Below are positions 63,797-64,000 of a stretch of DNA of 64,000 nt, piece after piece. Source of the stretch: Sphyrna mokarran (Eukaryota). The stretch is taken from contig JAGIQG010000012.1 in assembly GCA_024679065.1 (NCBI GenBank), forward strand, positions 69,750,001 to 69,814,000. Direction: 5' to 3'. The position numbers and the translations under genes are program-made. Position 1 is the stretch's first letter. Every line of letters begins with the position of its first letter. The notes under the pieces are model-generated. The model was not told the origin of the DNA. It saw only the letters and a list, made by a program, of their open reading frames with translations, and searched no databases.

Positions 63797-64000
63797 GTGA
63801 GTGAATTCCCCCGCCCCCCCCCCCCAAAAAAAAATTTGATCACCCTCTTAATGTTATAAGAGGGTCCTATCCTCTTCCACCCCCAACTGACTTAGGGTTA
63901 TTTTCACAAAGGGTAATGCAATAAATAAGTTCTCTCATTGAGATGATGTCCTTCCCCCGAAATGATTCAGGAAGAAACGTGAAATAATAGCTGGGGAAAA

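Noticed and set aside
63493-63843. 116-aa ORF antisense to OPN3 exon 1
   Set aside because: This is an expected shadow ORF of a GC-rich coding exon.
1-64000. CRISPR arrays, operons, defence systems or a CHML-like retrogene
   Set aside because: The window is intron-rich vertebrate DNA with no repeat-spacer array and no long intronless host ORF.

Overview
Vertebrate genomic DNA, very likely a shark or other elasmobranch, judged from HE1/V-SINE-like SINEs, Deu-domain SINEs and abundant CR1, Rex1/Babar and Penelope relics. Two protein-coding genes lie head-to-head. On the minus strand, 12 coding exons (47320 down to 2916) of a WDR64 orthologue join through canonical GT-AG introns into one open frame of 1467 nt (489 aa), and the gene continues off the left edge. 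On the plus strand, coding exon 1 of an opsin-3/encephalopsin gene (OPN3) lies at 63487-63796. This matches the divergent OPN3/WDR64 arrangement I recall from human 1q43. Almost all other listed ORFs are transposon fragments or chance ORFs. I found no convincing new multi-gene system. The most notable features are a near-palindromic Penelope-type insertion carrying a hammerhead-like core, a stop/start-overlapping uORF on OPN3, an RFX X-box promoter on WDR64, a cryptic solo LTR, Harbinger-type MITEs and several templated-duplication scars. Family assignments rest on recalled motifs, not database searches, and repeat boundaries are approximate.
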